A stretch of DNA of 64,000 nucleotides from a virus. Taxonomy: Duplodnaviria > Caudoviricetes. The position numbers were made by a program, and so were the translations under genes. Every line of letters begins with the position of its first letter. Within the stretch, counting starts at the first letter, position 1. The notes beneath the pieces were generated by a model. That model did not search any database, was not told where the DNA came from, and saw only the letters and a program-made list of their open reading frames with translations. The DNA is taken from positions 1-64,000 of IMG/VR virus record IMGVR_UViG_3300039156_000048. The stretch is one strand, 5' to 3'. Positions 49,303 to 57,799 of the stretch are shown here, one piece after another.

Positions 49303-49327
49303 CTAACATTATACATGTAATGTCAGC
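49302..49327. other. dif-like palindrome, copy 3
   Basis: ACTAACATTA-tacatg-TAATGTCAGC. Confidence 0.55.
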
Positions 49328-49377
49328 TAATCCAAGGAGGAATAAACTATGAAAACTTATAAAATGGCGGTGAGTAT

Positions 49378-49980
49378 ATGGCAGTATTAAAGTTTAAGGA
49401 CGTAATGGGTAACTGGCACAGTATACCGGCGATACAGGGTGCGTCTGCTTACGAACAGGCAGTAGATGGCGGCTATATGGGGACGTTGGAAGACTTCTAT
49501 CTTGCGCTGAATGAGGTTAATGCCGCAGTACAGGCGGCTGGGGATGCAGAAGACTCAGCCTCTGCCGCCGCAGCATCCGCCGCACAACTGGCCGCTGGCG
49601 TGGCGAGTCCGGCGGGAACGTATGCTACTACTGCCGCTTTGGCATCGACTAACCCTGACCATAGCAAAATCTATGTGGTCACGGCTGATGGTCATTGGTA
49701 CTACTGGTCTGGAAGTGCGTGGGCTGACGGGGGCGTGTATCAAGCGGTATCCCCAATCTACGACTTGATGTTTGATATTAAGGACACCCTCCAGACACCC
49801 ACCTTCAATGGTGGTAGGTTGACGCAAATCGCTCATACGAACCGTTCTACTTCTGCCGTTGTGAGAACAGACGTTTTTACCTATGGCCCCGGAACTGTCA
49901 CGGAAACGAGAACGTTAGCGGGCGGTGCGTCCATTTCCTTTGTTAACAACCTGACTACTTACGCGACGGAGGTGGTGTAA
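49378..49980 (+). CDS. minor tail/fibre-type protein
   Basis: GASAYEQAVDGGYMGT and GHWYYWSGSAWADGGVYQ modules typical of phage tail proteins. Confidence 0.6.
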   Translation: MAVLKFKDVMGNWHSIPAIQGASAYEQAVDGGYMGTLEDFYLALNEVNAAVQAAGDAEDSASAAAASAAQLAAGVASPAGTYATTAALASTNPDHSKIYVVTADGHWYYWSGSAWADGGVYQAVSPIYDLMFDIKDTLQTPTFNGGRLTQIAHTNRSTSAVVRTDVFTYGPGTVTETRTLAGGASISFVNNLTTYATEVV

Positions 49981-50769
49981 ATGGGACTTAATTTAGCGCA
50001 CGTTATCAATCCTGTGATGCCCCAGCAAGCCGGGATTGACCTATACCGTTCCGGGACAGCGGAAGCAACATATACTATCCAATATATGAAGTTTGGCTCT
50101 CGGTTCAGCCACGTAATTATCAAGAACGAAAGCAAAGATTATGACATTCAATTCAATATCGACATATACGAATCCTACGCGGCGTATACCGGATTCATCG
50201 TCAAGGCAGGGGAGCAGTTCGAGGCAGACATATGCGGGCACGCGCTATGCTACAAGAAACTGACCGCCGTTGCTACGAATCCTCAATTTAGATACATGAT
50301 TACCGGGCCTGTTACGAGAAAGAAATTTTACCCTGTTGGTTGGGACAATGTGGAGGAATTTACAGCTGGGGCTGTGGTTGGCACAGCGTCGTATGCAGAT
50401 ATGACAACATATTTATACCTGAAAGCCGAAAGAATAAGCGGGGTAAACGCAAATGTCCAGTGCGTGTCTGCGGAAGAAGTTGATTTCACAAGGCTGAAAA
50501 CACTGTATGTGGATTGGGAGAACCTTGGCACAACGGGATCAGTCGGGAGGATTACCGTTTCGAGTTGGGATGGTTATTCCTATGCGGGTGAGGTTGCTTT
50601 GTTTTCATCTTTTGACACCAGCAAAAGCGGTGCTTGGGCGAGAACAACAACCGCCATTGATGTAAGCACGAAGATTGGTTATGGGAAGGTCACGGTAAAG
50701 GCTTTCGCAGAAGTCGCGGACGGAAGGGTATGCGAACTCAAAATCTACAAGATTTGGGGTGAAGCGTAA
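49981..50769 (+). CDS. beta-rich putative carbohydrate-binding tail protein
   Basis: GGAGGT RBS; beta-rich pattern. Confidence 0.45.
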   Translation: MGLNLAHVINPVMPQQAGIDLYRSGTAEATYTIQYMKFGSRFSHVIIKNESKDYDIQFNIDIYESYAAYTGFIVKAGEQFEADICGHALCYKKLTAVATNPQFRYMITGPVTRKKFYPVGWDNVEEFTAGAVVGTASYADMTTYLYLKAERISGVNANVQCVSAEEVDFTRLKTLYVDWENLGTTGSVGRITVSSWDGYSYAGEVALFSSFDTSKSGAWARTTTAIDVSTKIGYGKVTVKAFAEVADGRVCELKIYKIWGEA

Positions 50770-51569
50770 TGGGATGGCATGTAGATATACGCCCAAGCTG
50801 GACAACCAGAAAAATAGAACCCGCAGTCTGCTATTGCTTTGACGATTCAAGCCGCTCTGTTTACCTCTACGCACGGCCACACTTTGTCAATGAGGGCGTA
50901 TGCGGGACATTCTTTATGAACTCCGGGAGCATCGGGGGCGCTCCGGGTCAGTACGGAGAAAAGTGTTCGTGGGCTGAAGTGGAGGAAATGGCGCAAGAGT
51001 TTATGTCCACGGGCACCGGTATAGACATACAAGACCATACGCACGGACATACGCCTCTTAATCCTGCTTCAAGGACGACAATAACGAACCTTGAAGCAGA
51101 GATACAGCTGGGGTTTACGACTTTCGCCCAACACGGGATATTCCCGAATTTTATGGCTTACCCTGGCGGAGCTATTAATTTAAGGGGAAAACAACTTTTA
51201 CAGAAATATTATTTAGGCGCAAGAAATGGAAATGCCGCAGGCCCTATATGCAACCTTGACGATGTTGACCTCTACCAACTTGCTGGGCAAGGAGTTTATC
51301 TTGGGGACACTATGAAACTTACAAAATTAGAAGATTCGAGATACAGTATTGAAAATCTTATAGAGGATTTAGACGAAAAACCAGGGATACATTTCGGGTG
51401 CATTCACAGCCTATACCCTGTCGGTGGGACACCGAACGGGGTACGGGAGGACGTTTTTCTTACTTCCATTCAAATGCTCAAAGCAGCTGGCATACGAATT
51501 ATTTCAGTTGCTCAAGCATACAACGAACTTTCAAACCGAGGCCCCACTTGGTGTGCCGGGCCAACATAA
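50769..51569 (+). CDS. polysaccharide deacetylase (NodB/CE4-like)
   Basis: CFDD, GTFF, HTHGH, AYPGG motifs. Confidence 0.8.
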   Translation: MGWHVDIRPSWTTRKIEPAVCYCFDDSSRSVYLYARPHFVNEGVCGTFFMNSGSIGGAPGQYGEKCSWAEVEEMAQEFMSTGTGIDIQDHTHGHTPLNPASRTTITNLEAEIQLGFTTFAQHGIFPNFMAYPGGAINLRGKQLLQKYYLGARNGNAAGPICNLDDVDLYQLAGQGVYLGDTMKLTKLEDSRYSIENLIEDLDEKPGIHFGCIHSLYPVGGTPNGVREDVFLTSIQMLKAAGIRIISVAQAYNELSNRGPTWCAGPT

Positions 51570-51583
51570 TGTAAGGAGGACAC

Positions 51584-51666
51584 ATGGCAACAATCAAACT
51601 TGACAGCCTGCGGACGGGGTGATGCAAATGGGGAACTACGCGGTGAGATTCATCAACACGATATAA
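51584..51666 (+). pseudogene. truncated, frameshifted gene remnant
   Basis: AAGGAGG then MATIKLDSLRTG* and MQMGNYAVRFINTI*, ending inside dif-like copy 4. Confidence 0.45.
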
Positions 51667-51687
51667 CATTATAAGACAAATGTTAGA
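51662..51687. other. dif-like palindrome, copy 4
   Basis: TATAACATTA-taagac-AAATGTTAGA. Confidence 0.55.
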
Positions 51688-51743
51688 CAAACCATAAGAT
51701 GGATTATGAAAGGACAAAGGTCCTTTTTTTGATTGGAGGAAAA

Positions 51744-53468
51744 ATGAAGCTATACGAAACTTTACAAACAAAAAACAAGGGCTATATCCAGGCGAGGTCG
51801 ATCAGACCAGTCGGGATTTTTGTCCACAGCACTGGGGCAAGCAACCCTGAGTTAAGACGATATGTAGATGCTCCTGAGTTGCTGGGGAAAAACCTGTACG
51901 ACAATCATTGGAACAAGGGTACTGCAACCAAATCAATGCACGCTTTCATCGGATTGGACAAAAACAAGGAAGTTGCTGTCTGCCATACGCTGCCTTACAA
52001 CATTGCTTGTTGGGGTGCGGGTGGTGGGTCAAAGGGGTCATACAATTATGATCCGCAGGCACACATCCAGTTTGAAGTGTGTGAAGACAATGCTCCTAGG
52101 AGCGGGAATCCGCCTACGGCAGAGCAAACCGAGTATTTCAAAAAAGCGTGGTTGGCGGCTGAAGAATACTGCGCCTACCTGTGCAAACTATTAAAACTCC
52201 CGGCTTCGTCCATTGTTGGGCACTACGAAGCTGCGAAACTTGGCTATGCCTCTTACCATTCCGATCCTGAGAATTGGCTCAGGGTTTATGGCGACAGCAT
52301 GGACAAATTCAGAGCGAGAGTTGCGAAACGTCTTCAGGGTGAAGTCGTTCAACCAGAACCCAAGCCCGATCCTAAACCCGAACCGCAACCAGAATCAGAG
52401 CAACCTAAAATTACTCTTCCCGCCACTATCAAACTACAAATTACTAAGCCTGAGAATGCTAAATTCTTTGGGAAACCAATCGGCACAATTATCTCTTTAC
52501 CGACTGAAGAATACATAAAAGGGGTTGTCCCCGCTGAAGTGGGGAACCCTCCTCTCGAAGCGGGCATTGCACAAGCAATTGTGGCAAGGTCACTCGCTCT
52601 TTCTGGCCGTTGGCCTGACGTCATCAGTGACACCACAAGCCATCAAGCCTATAGCGGAGAAAGAAGTGCCGATCCTGATTACTTCAGAGCACACCAGGCG
52701 GTTAAAGATAGCAAAGGAATTGTCCTTCTTTATAAAGGGAAGATTGCGTCTACCTTCTACGCTGATTCCAATGGCGGAAAAATGGTTGCTTCAGATATGC
52801 ATTGGAATCAAAAAACTCCCTATGAACAACGAGAACACATCCCATACCTTGTCTCTAAAGACGACCCTTGGACTCTTGCTTCAGGTAAACCTTTCAATGG
52901 GCATCCTGTCGGCATGAGTCAACAGGGTGCAATTTGGGCGGCAAAAAATGGCATCAAGCACGAAGAGATTCTTGCCTTCTACTATCCTGGAACAGTCCTT
53001 TCTTCAAAGGTAGCGACCACTCCTGGCACCCCTCCGGTTACTCCTCCAGATTCAAAAGATTATCTTTATAGGGCAATGGTTGTTACGGCAAATCCGCTCT
53101 CTCTTAATATCTGGTCGAACACAAAAAAGGGATCAAGCCTTAAGAAAGTTCCGAAGGGTGCTTTCGTTGAAGTCTTGAAAGAGGTTAATTCCACCTGGGC
53201 CCAAGTAAGATATAACGGAACCATAGGATATTCCGATCGCCAATACCTAAAACCGCACAATGAAACCGGAACCTATCTTGCGACTGTTGTCACGATGTAC
53301 CCATTGTCTTTAAACATCTGGGCAGCTGCCAATAAAGGTAAAAGCCTTGGAAAAGTTCCTAAGGGAGCTGTTGTCACGGTTCTTGGTGAGGTTGATTCAA
53401 CGTGGGCGAAGGTTCAATACGGGAATATCATTGGCTATTCTGATAGGAAGTATCTGAAAAGGGTGTAA
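51744..53468 (+). CDS. endolysin: amidase_2 + SpoIID/LytB-like + two SH3b domains
   Basis: VHST..HAF..FEVCE..GHYE..HSDP; EEYIKGVVPAE..AQAIVARS..HQAY..GHPVGMSQQGA..ILAFYYPG; two LNIW..KVPKGA repeats. Confidence 0.85.
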   Translation: MKLYETLQTKNKGYIQARSIRPVGIFVHSTGASNPELRRYVDAPELLGKNLYDNHWNKGTATKSMHAFIGLDKNKEVAVCHTLPYNIACWGAGGGSKGSYNYDPQAHIQFEVCEDNAPRSGNPPTAEQTEYFKKAWLAAEEYCAYLCKLLKLPASSIVGHYEAAKLGYASYHSDPENWLRVYGDSMDKFRARVAKRLQGEVVQPEPKPDPKPEPQPESEQPKITLPATIKLQITKPENAKFFGKPIGTIISLPTEEYIKGVVPAEVGNPPLEAGIAQAIVARSLALSGRWPDVISDTTSHQAYSGERSADPDYFRAHQAVKDSKGIVLLYKGKIASTFYADSNGGKMVASDMHWNQKTPYEQREHIPYLVSKDDPWTLASGKPFNGHPVGMSQQGAIWAAKNGIKHEEILAFYYPGTVLSSKVATTPGTPPVTPPDSKDYLYRAMVVTANPLSLNIWSNTKKGSSLKKVPKGAFVEVLKEVNSTWAQVRYNGTIGYSDRQYLKPHNETGTYLATVVTMYPLSLNIWAAANKGKSLGKVPKGAVVTVLGEVDSTWAKVQYGNIIGYSDRKYLKRV

Positions 53469-53470
53469 AA

Positions 53471-53764
53471 ATGAACAAGAAGTATTTTGAATTCTCTAAG
53501 GTAATTGTCCGGAGAGCGTTGATTGTTTTTCTTTCCCAGATGCTTTTAACAATGGCAATTATATTCTTCCGGCCTGAATCCGCAATGCAACTTGTCAGTT
53601 TGATGAATGCAGCGATACCACTGTACATCGTTATCTTTGGCGGATATTTCGGCAAGGCCGGTTTAGAGAATTATAACAAAATTAAGTTCCAAGCTATTGA
53701 AACAATGGAAGGCTGTGACCCTCTTGAGCCATCAAATATTTCTGATGGTGGGTATGAGGTATGA
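53471..53764 (+). CDS. holin-like two-TM protein
   Basis: two hydrophobic helices, lysis cassette. Confidence 0.55.
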   Translation: MNKKYFEFSKVIVRRALIVFLSQMLLTMAIIFFRPESAMQLVSLMNAAIPLYIVIFGGYFGKAGLENYNKIKFQAIETMEGCDPLEPSNISDGGYEV

Positions 53765-53775
53765 GGAGATAATAT

Positions 53776-54168
53776 ATGGAAAATTTAATTGATATCGGTT
53801 TGACAATTTTACAAGCACTGATTCTTGCTGTTGCCCCTATTCTTGCGGGTTACATTATTCAGTTTGTGAAAGCTAAAGCAGCAAACTTAAAGCAGAGTAC
53901 AGATAATAGTTTTATCTGGAATATTATTAATCTTATTGAGGGTATTGTGGCTAATGTAGTTGCGTATGTCCAACAGACGTATGTAGATAACCTCAAGAAA
54001 GACGGCAAATTCAACGCTGAAGAACAAAAGATCGCATTCGAGAAAGCATATAACGGAGCGCTTGAATTAATCAGCGAAGAGCAAAAGGCTCTTATCGAAT
54101 CTCTCTTTGGGAACTTTGGTGACTGGCTTAGTATCTTAATTGAGGCGGCTGTTCGTAATCAAAAATAA
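53776..54168 (+). CDS. holin (LL-H-like)
   Basis: N-terminal TM, VAYVQQTYVD, IEAAV motifs. Confidence 0.65.
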   Translation: MENLIDIGLTILQALILAVAPILAGYIIQFVKAKAANLKQSTDNSFIWNIINLIEGIVANVVAYVQQTYVDNLKKDGKFNAEEQKIAFEKAYNGALELISEEQKALIESLFGNFGDWLSILIEAAVRNQK

Positions 54169-54185
54169 ATTAATGTGAGGCTTGT

Positions 54186-54653
54186 ATGACAGGAGAACAG
54201 ATAACTGATATCCTAAAATTAATAAGCGGGGGCATAACCTCTGCTTTAGTTATTTTTGGGTTCCTTGTCGCTTTGATTAAACCGATAAGGGTTAAATTTA
54301 CACAATGGATCAATAAACAAGCACGGACAGAGAATATAATCGGAAGGCTCGACAACATTGACGCGACGATGAACAAGGTCAACCAGGATGTGGGGGAGAT
54401 TAAAGTACAACTGGAAGATCATATTGCTAAGAATAATACAGATTTTCAACGCTCACAAGCAGCACATATGATGTCTCTCAGATGCCAGATACGGGAGATT
54501 TGGACAAGAAACTACCCTAACAAGGAATTGACTATAAGGGAGCAAAGAGATATTTATGACCTATATGAAGCCTACTCTTCTTTGGGTGGGAATGGGTATA
54601 TTAAAAGCATTCTGGAAGAAATGAAGGAATGGAAAGTTATCACCAAGATATAA
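54186..54653 (+). CDS. membrane-anchored lysis-cassette protein
   Basis: TM plus coiled coil plus YEAYSSLGGNG. Confidence 0.55.
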   Translation: MTGEQITDILKLISGGITSALVIFGFLVALIKPIRVKFTQWINKQARTENIIGRLDNIDATMNKVNQDVGEIKVQLEDHIAKNNTDFQRSQAAHMMSLRCQIREIWTRNYPNKELTIREQRDIYDLYEAYSSLGGNGYIKSILEEMKEWKVITKI

Positions 54654-54667
54654 ATGGATAAAAAAAT

Positions 54668-54700
54668 AGGGGATACCGTAATTGGTATCCCCCTTTTTTT
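54668..54700 (+). terminator. intrinsic terminator
   Basis: GGGGATACC/GGTATCCCC plus T7. Confidence 0.75.
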
Positions 54701-54725
54701 ATTATACTTTTATAAATGACAAGTG

Positions 54726-54754
54726 TTGACATAGGCACCGTGACATGGTAAAGT
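54726..54754 (+). promoter_or_regulatory. sigma70 promoter upstream of attP tRNA fragment
   Basis: TTGACA-17-TAAAGT with extended -10 TG. Confidence 0.65.
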
Positions 54755-54854
54755 TCTCCTTGGCAAACTGAACAATCAGTTGTCGAAAAAGGGGATTTTC
54801 CACAAGTAATCAGCAGGTCTCCGCCAAAAGTCCTTATAGAATAAGGAAAAAATT

Positions 54855-54913
54855 GCTGGTGTAGCTCAATTGGCAGAGCAGCTGATTTGTAATCAGCAGG
54901 TTGCGGGTTCAAG
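54855..54913 (+). mobile_element. attP core: 5-prime 59 nt of tRNA-Thr(TGT)
   Basis: D arm, anticodon arm and GCGGGTTCAAG present, 3-prime T stem and acceptor strand absent; next to integrase; flanked by inverted ACAATCAGTTGTC repeats. Confidence 0.75.
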
Positions 54914-55014
54914 GAGATTCAGCCAAAAAACTGAGGAAAATCAACACTTTTTCGGCAAAAGTTAGGACAACTGATTGTACAAGTTTGACTACTGTAATCA
55001 GGAGTCCTACTTTT

Positions 55015-55908
55015 ATGACTATTACTGTTGATTGGTTATTCAAAAAATTCATTGCTGAGTGTTCTGTTTACAACAAGTCTTATCCAACAATTAGGTGCTA
55101 TGAATCAAGCTTCCGAAAATTGCAAGCATTTAATCCTGCTATACTGAATGAACCGATTCACAGTATCAGCAAACAGTTTGTAAAAAGTTACACTGTTTAT
55201 CTTTCAGAACTGGATATCTCTACTGCGTCTGCCAATCATTACATAAGGGATTTAAGGGCATTCCTGTATTGGTGTATGGAAAATGAGTATCTTTTGCCGT
55301 ACAAGATCCACTTGATTAAAGAGAATCAAACGTTGAAAGATCCATATTCAAGAGATGAAATTGCCGTGCTGTTACGAAAACCATTAATCTCTGATCCATT
55401 TACCCAATGGAGAAATTGGGCTATCGTTAATTGGGTATTAGGGGTTGCGTCAAGAGCTTCGACTATCGTAAATGTTTCAATGAAAGATGTTGATTTTAAA
55501 GATGATAGAATTTTGACAAGACATAATAAGAATGGCAAAATATATTCAATTGTAATGCCTCCCCTTTTAAAGAAGGTTCTCTTGGAATACTTGCGACACC
55601 GGACAGTTGATAGCGAATATCTTTTTTCTGCCGTGAACGGGGAACAGTTAAAGGTGGGGGGGTTAAGCCATTCCATCGCTAAGTATAATCGAAGCAGAGG
55701 GATTAACAAAACCTCAACCCACCTTTTTAGGCATTCCTTTGGGGTTCTCTGGGCGGAGAATGGCGGTGACGTATACAGGCTTCAAAAAATCTTTAACCAT
55801 TCAGACATTCGCACAACCCAAAAGTATATTAATTTATACGGGGACAATAAGGATGATGAAAAATTCATGGAGTTTAATCCGCTTCAATCCATTAAAAGAA
55901 AACCTTAA
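55015..55908 (+). CDS. int: tyrosine recombinase/integrase
   Basis: R (ASRAST), K (NKNGK), HLFRH, HSD, TTQKY; ATG after AGGAG. Confidence 0.9.
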   Translation: MTITVDWLFKKFIAECSVYNKSYPTIRCYESSFRKLQAFNPAILNEPIHSISKQFVKSYTVYLSELDISTASANHYIRDLRAFLYWCMENEYLLPYKIHLIKENQTLKDPYSRDEIAVLLRKPLISDPFTQWRNWAIVNWVLGVASRASTIVNVSMKDVDFKDDRILTRHNKNGKIYSIVMPPLLKKVLLEYLRHRTVDSEYLFSAVNGEQLKVGGLSHSIAKYNRSRGINKTSTHLFRHSFGVLWAENGGDVYRLQKIFNHSDIRTTQKYINLYGDNKDDEKFMEFNPLQSIKRKP

Positions 55909-56522
55909 GCGGCTGAAGTATTCTTTTTATCATTTTTCAAACAACTTCTAATATATTCTATCGTATCTGCCTCCCCGTTTTTCCTTCGATACTTATTGAT
56001 AAAATTGGTGCTATGACCAATAGCGTCTGCCCATTGTCTTCCAGTTAACTTTAACCCATCTACTTCTATGGGCAGAGTTGTTGATTTCCATCTTGTGTTT
56101 TCCACCGCGGGGACAAGTCGGCAGTTCTCTGGGGAATAGTTCTTGTTACCGTCAATCCTGTCAATTGTCAAATCGTTTCTTCCTTTTGACTGAGAGACGT
56201 ACCACTCATAGAATGCGAGAGGAGAGTTAAGCCATTCATCACATATCCTTATTCCCTTTTCTCCATACCATTTATAATCTCTCTTCCCAGGACTATAGCA
56301 TCTACTAATCATCCCATTAAAGGTTACAGATATCCTTTTATCTTTAATATTCAGTCTTCTCGTACCAGTCAGCTCATGGATATTGTTGCATTTCTTTACG
56401 TCCTTTATCCATGCCTCTCTGGTCAGTATTGTTTCACCGCAAACAGAGCAAGTTGCGTAGATCATCTTATGGCCCCATTTATTTCTAAACCCAGCATCCT
56501 TGTAGTCTTTATATATGCTCAA
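55905..56522 (-). CDS. HNH-type endonuclease-like protein
   Basis: MISRCY..YGEKGIRICDEW..LTIDRIDGNKNYSPENCR..N. Confidence 0.7.
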   Translation of the reverse strand: MSIYKDYKDAGFRNKWGHKMIYATCSVCGETILTREAWIKDVKKCNNIHELTGTRRLNIKDKRISVTFNGMISRCYSPGKRDYKWYGEKGIRICDEWLNSPLAFYEWYVSQSKGRNDLTIDRIDGNKNYSPENCRLVPAVENTRWKSTTLPIEVDGLKLTGRQWADAIGHSTNFINKYRRKNGEADTIEYIRSCLKNDKKNTSAA

Positions 56523-57203
56523 CTATTTACCTTCTTTATCTTTATTAACTGGACTCTTTACCACTTTTCGTTTTACTTTCTTCACGGGGGCAGTTGGCAT
56601 TCTCCGCATTTCTCCGACCTCTGACCTGAAGGGTCTGCCGATATTCTGCTGAATGATATAAGCAACACCGGCAGCAACAGCGTCACTCTCATCCGTATTT
56701 TTGTATTCATAGACCCCCACATAATCCCGCAGCGCTTCCCGCACATCATCCTTGGTGGCGTTCCCGCTTCCTGCAATGATGGCCTTGATGGACTTCGGCG
56801 CAATCTCGCACCATTCTTTTGGGTGGATATCCAGTTTCAAACAGGAGAAGTCTCTCGCAATCAGGAAGTCGGTGATGCCAACCACCTTATTAAGCGTCTG
56901 CGTTTCATTGGCAAAACGGCTGAAAGCGCGTTCCCTGACAAAGGTGACTTTCGAGCCTTCCGGAATCGCCTTGATGACGTTCTTCATATGGGTGAAGATA
57001 CGCCCAAGCATATCCCCATGGGTTCCTTTGTATTTCTTGTTGTCGCATACGCTTGTGTCCACAACACGGATGCGGCCATTGTCTTCAAGGTGGAGTAAGG
57101 CAAACCCAGGCTGTCTGAGGCTCAGGTCTGCGCAAAATAAAAACTCCGGTATGAAGGGGGGAGTTTTTGAAGCAAGAAGGGTTGATTCGTTGACGGCTGT
57201 CAA
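56523..57203 (-). CDS. RuvC-like Holliday junction resolvase
   Basis: DLSLRQPG, VRE, PKSIK..GSGNATK, DESDA. Confidence 0.8.
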   Translation of the reverse strand: MTAVNESTLLASKTPPFIPEFLFCADLSLRQPGFALLHLEDNGRIRVVDTSVCDNKKYKGTHGDMLGRIFTHMKNVIKAIPEGSKVTFVRERAFSRFANETQTLNKVVGITDFLIARDFSCLKLDIHPKEWCEIAPKSIKAIIAGSGNATKDDVREALRDYVGVYEYKNTDESDAVAAGVAYIIQQNIGRPFRSEVGEMRRMPTAPVKKVKRKVVKSPVNKDKEGK

Positions 57204-57640
57204 TTACATTCCTCCCAGAATTTCCTGCGCTGTTCCTGCTCTTCAGCAGTCAATATCTTCCCGTAAGTGGGGGACTTCCGGTTTCCGTCAATAACCATCC
57301 ATTCGTCGTCTTTTGATGATGTACTGGTGAGTGTGATATCTGGCGAACAGTAACTGGTGCCGGTTTCCCATACGCTTGGGATGGTCGCTGTTTCTATGGG
57401 TTTCTTTTGATATAGCCCAATCAGTTTATTCAGATACCACACTGCCTTTTTGCTGTCACTCAGGTCATCTTCTTTTTTTCCCAGCCTGTCCATGTACTTC
57501 ATGACAGACCCTTTGAGGAACCCGATATATTCCTCACGGCTGAGTTTATCTTCAAGATAGTCAATACATTCAATCTTCCCCTGATAATGGGAAGGGTGAT
57601 TTACATATTCATAATCCGGACTTAGGCTTCTTTTCTCCAT
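57200..57640 (-). CDS. DUF3310-type protein
   Basis: VNHPSHY..ECID..GFLKG..KY..R..KK..D..KA.WYL. Confidence 0.8.
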   Translation of the reverse strand: MEKRSLSPDYEYVNHPSHYQGKIECIDYLEDKLSREEYIGFLKGSVMKYMDRLGKKEDDLSDSKKAVWYLNKLIGLYQKKPIETATIPSVWETGTSYCSPDITLTSTSSKDDEWMVIDGNRKSPTYGKILTAEEQEQRRKFWEECN

Positions 57641-57799
57641 TCATAATCCTCTCTTCTCTTTATTGTAAGGAAAACCCATGTGGTTTACCCAAAAAATTTC
57701 ATATTCATAGTCCGTCATTTCATCAATGGATTTTGGTTTATGAAATAATCCGAATTTCCTGTCGAACCAATATCTTATTTTTTCAATCATTTTCTTCAT
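57641..57799 (-). CDS. 52-aa hypothetical protein (not in ORF track)
   Basis: ATGA overlap with NUDIX stop; fills the gap. Confidence 0.45.
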   Translation of the reverse strand: MKKMIEKIRYWFDRKFGLFHKPKSIDEMTDYEYEIFWVNHMGFPYNKEKRGL

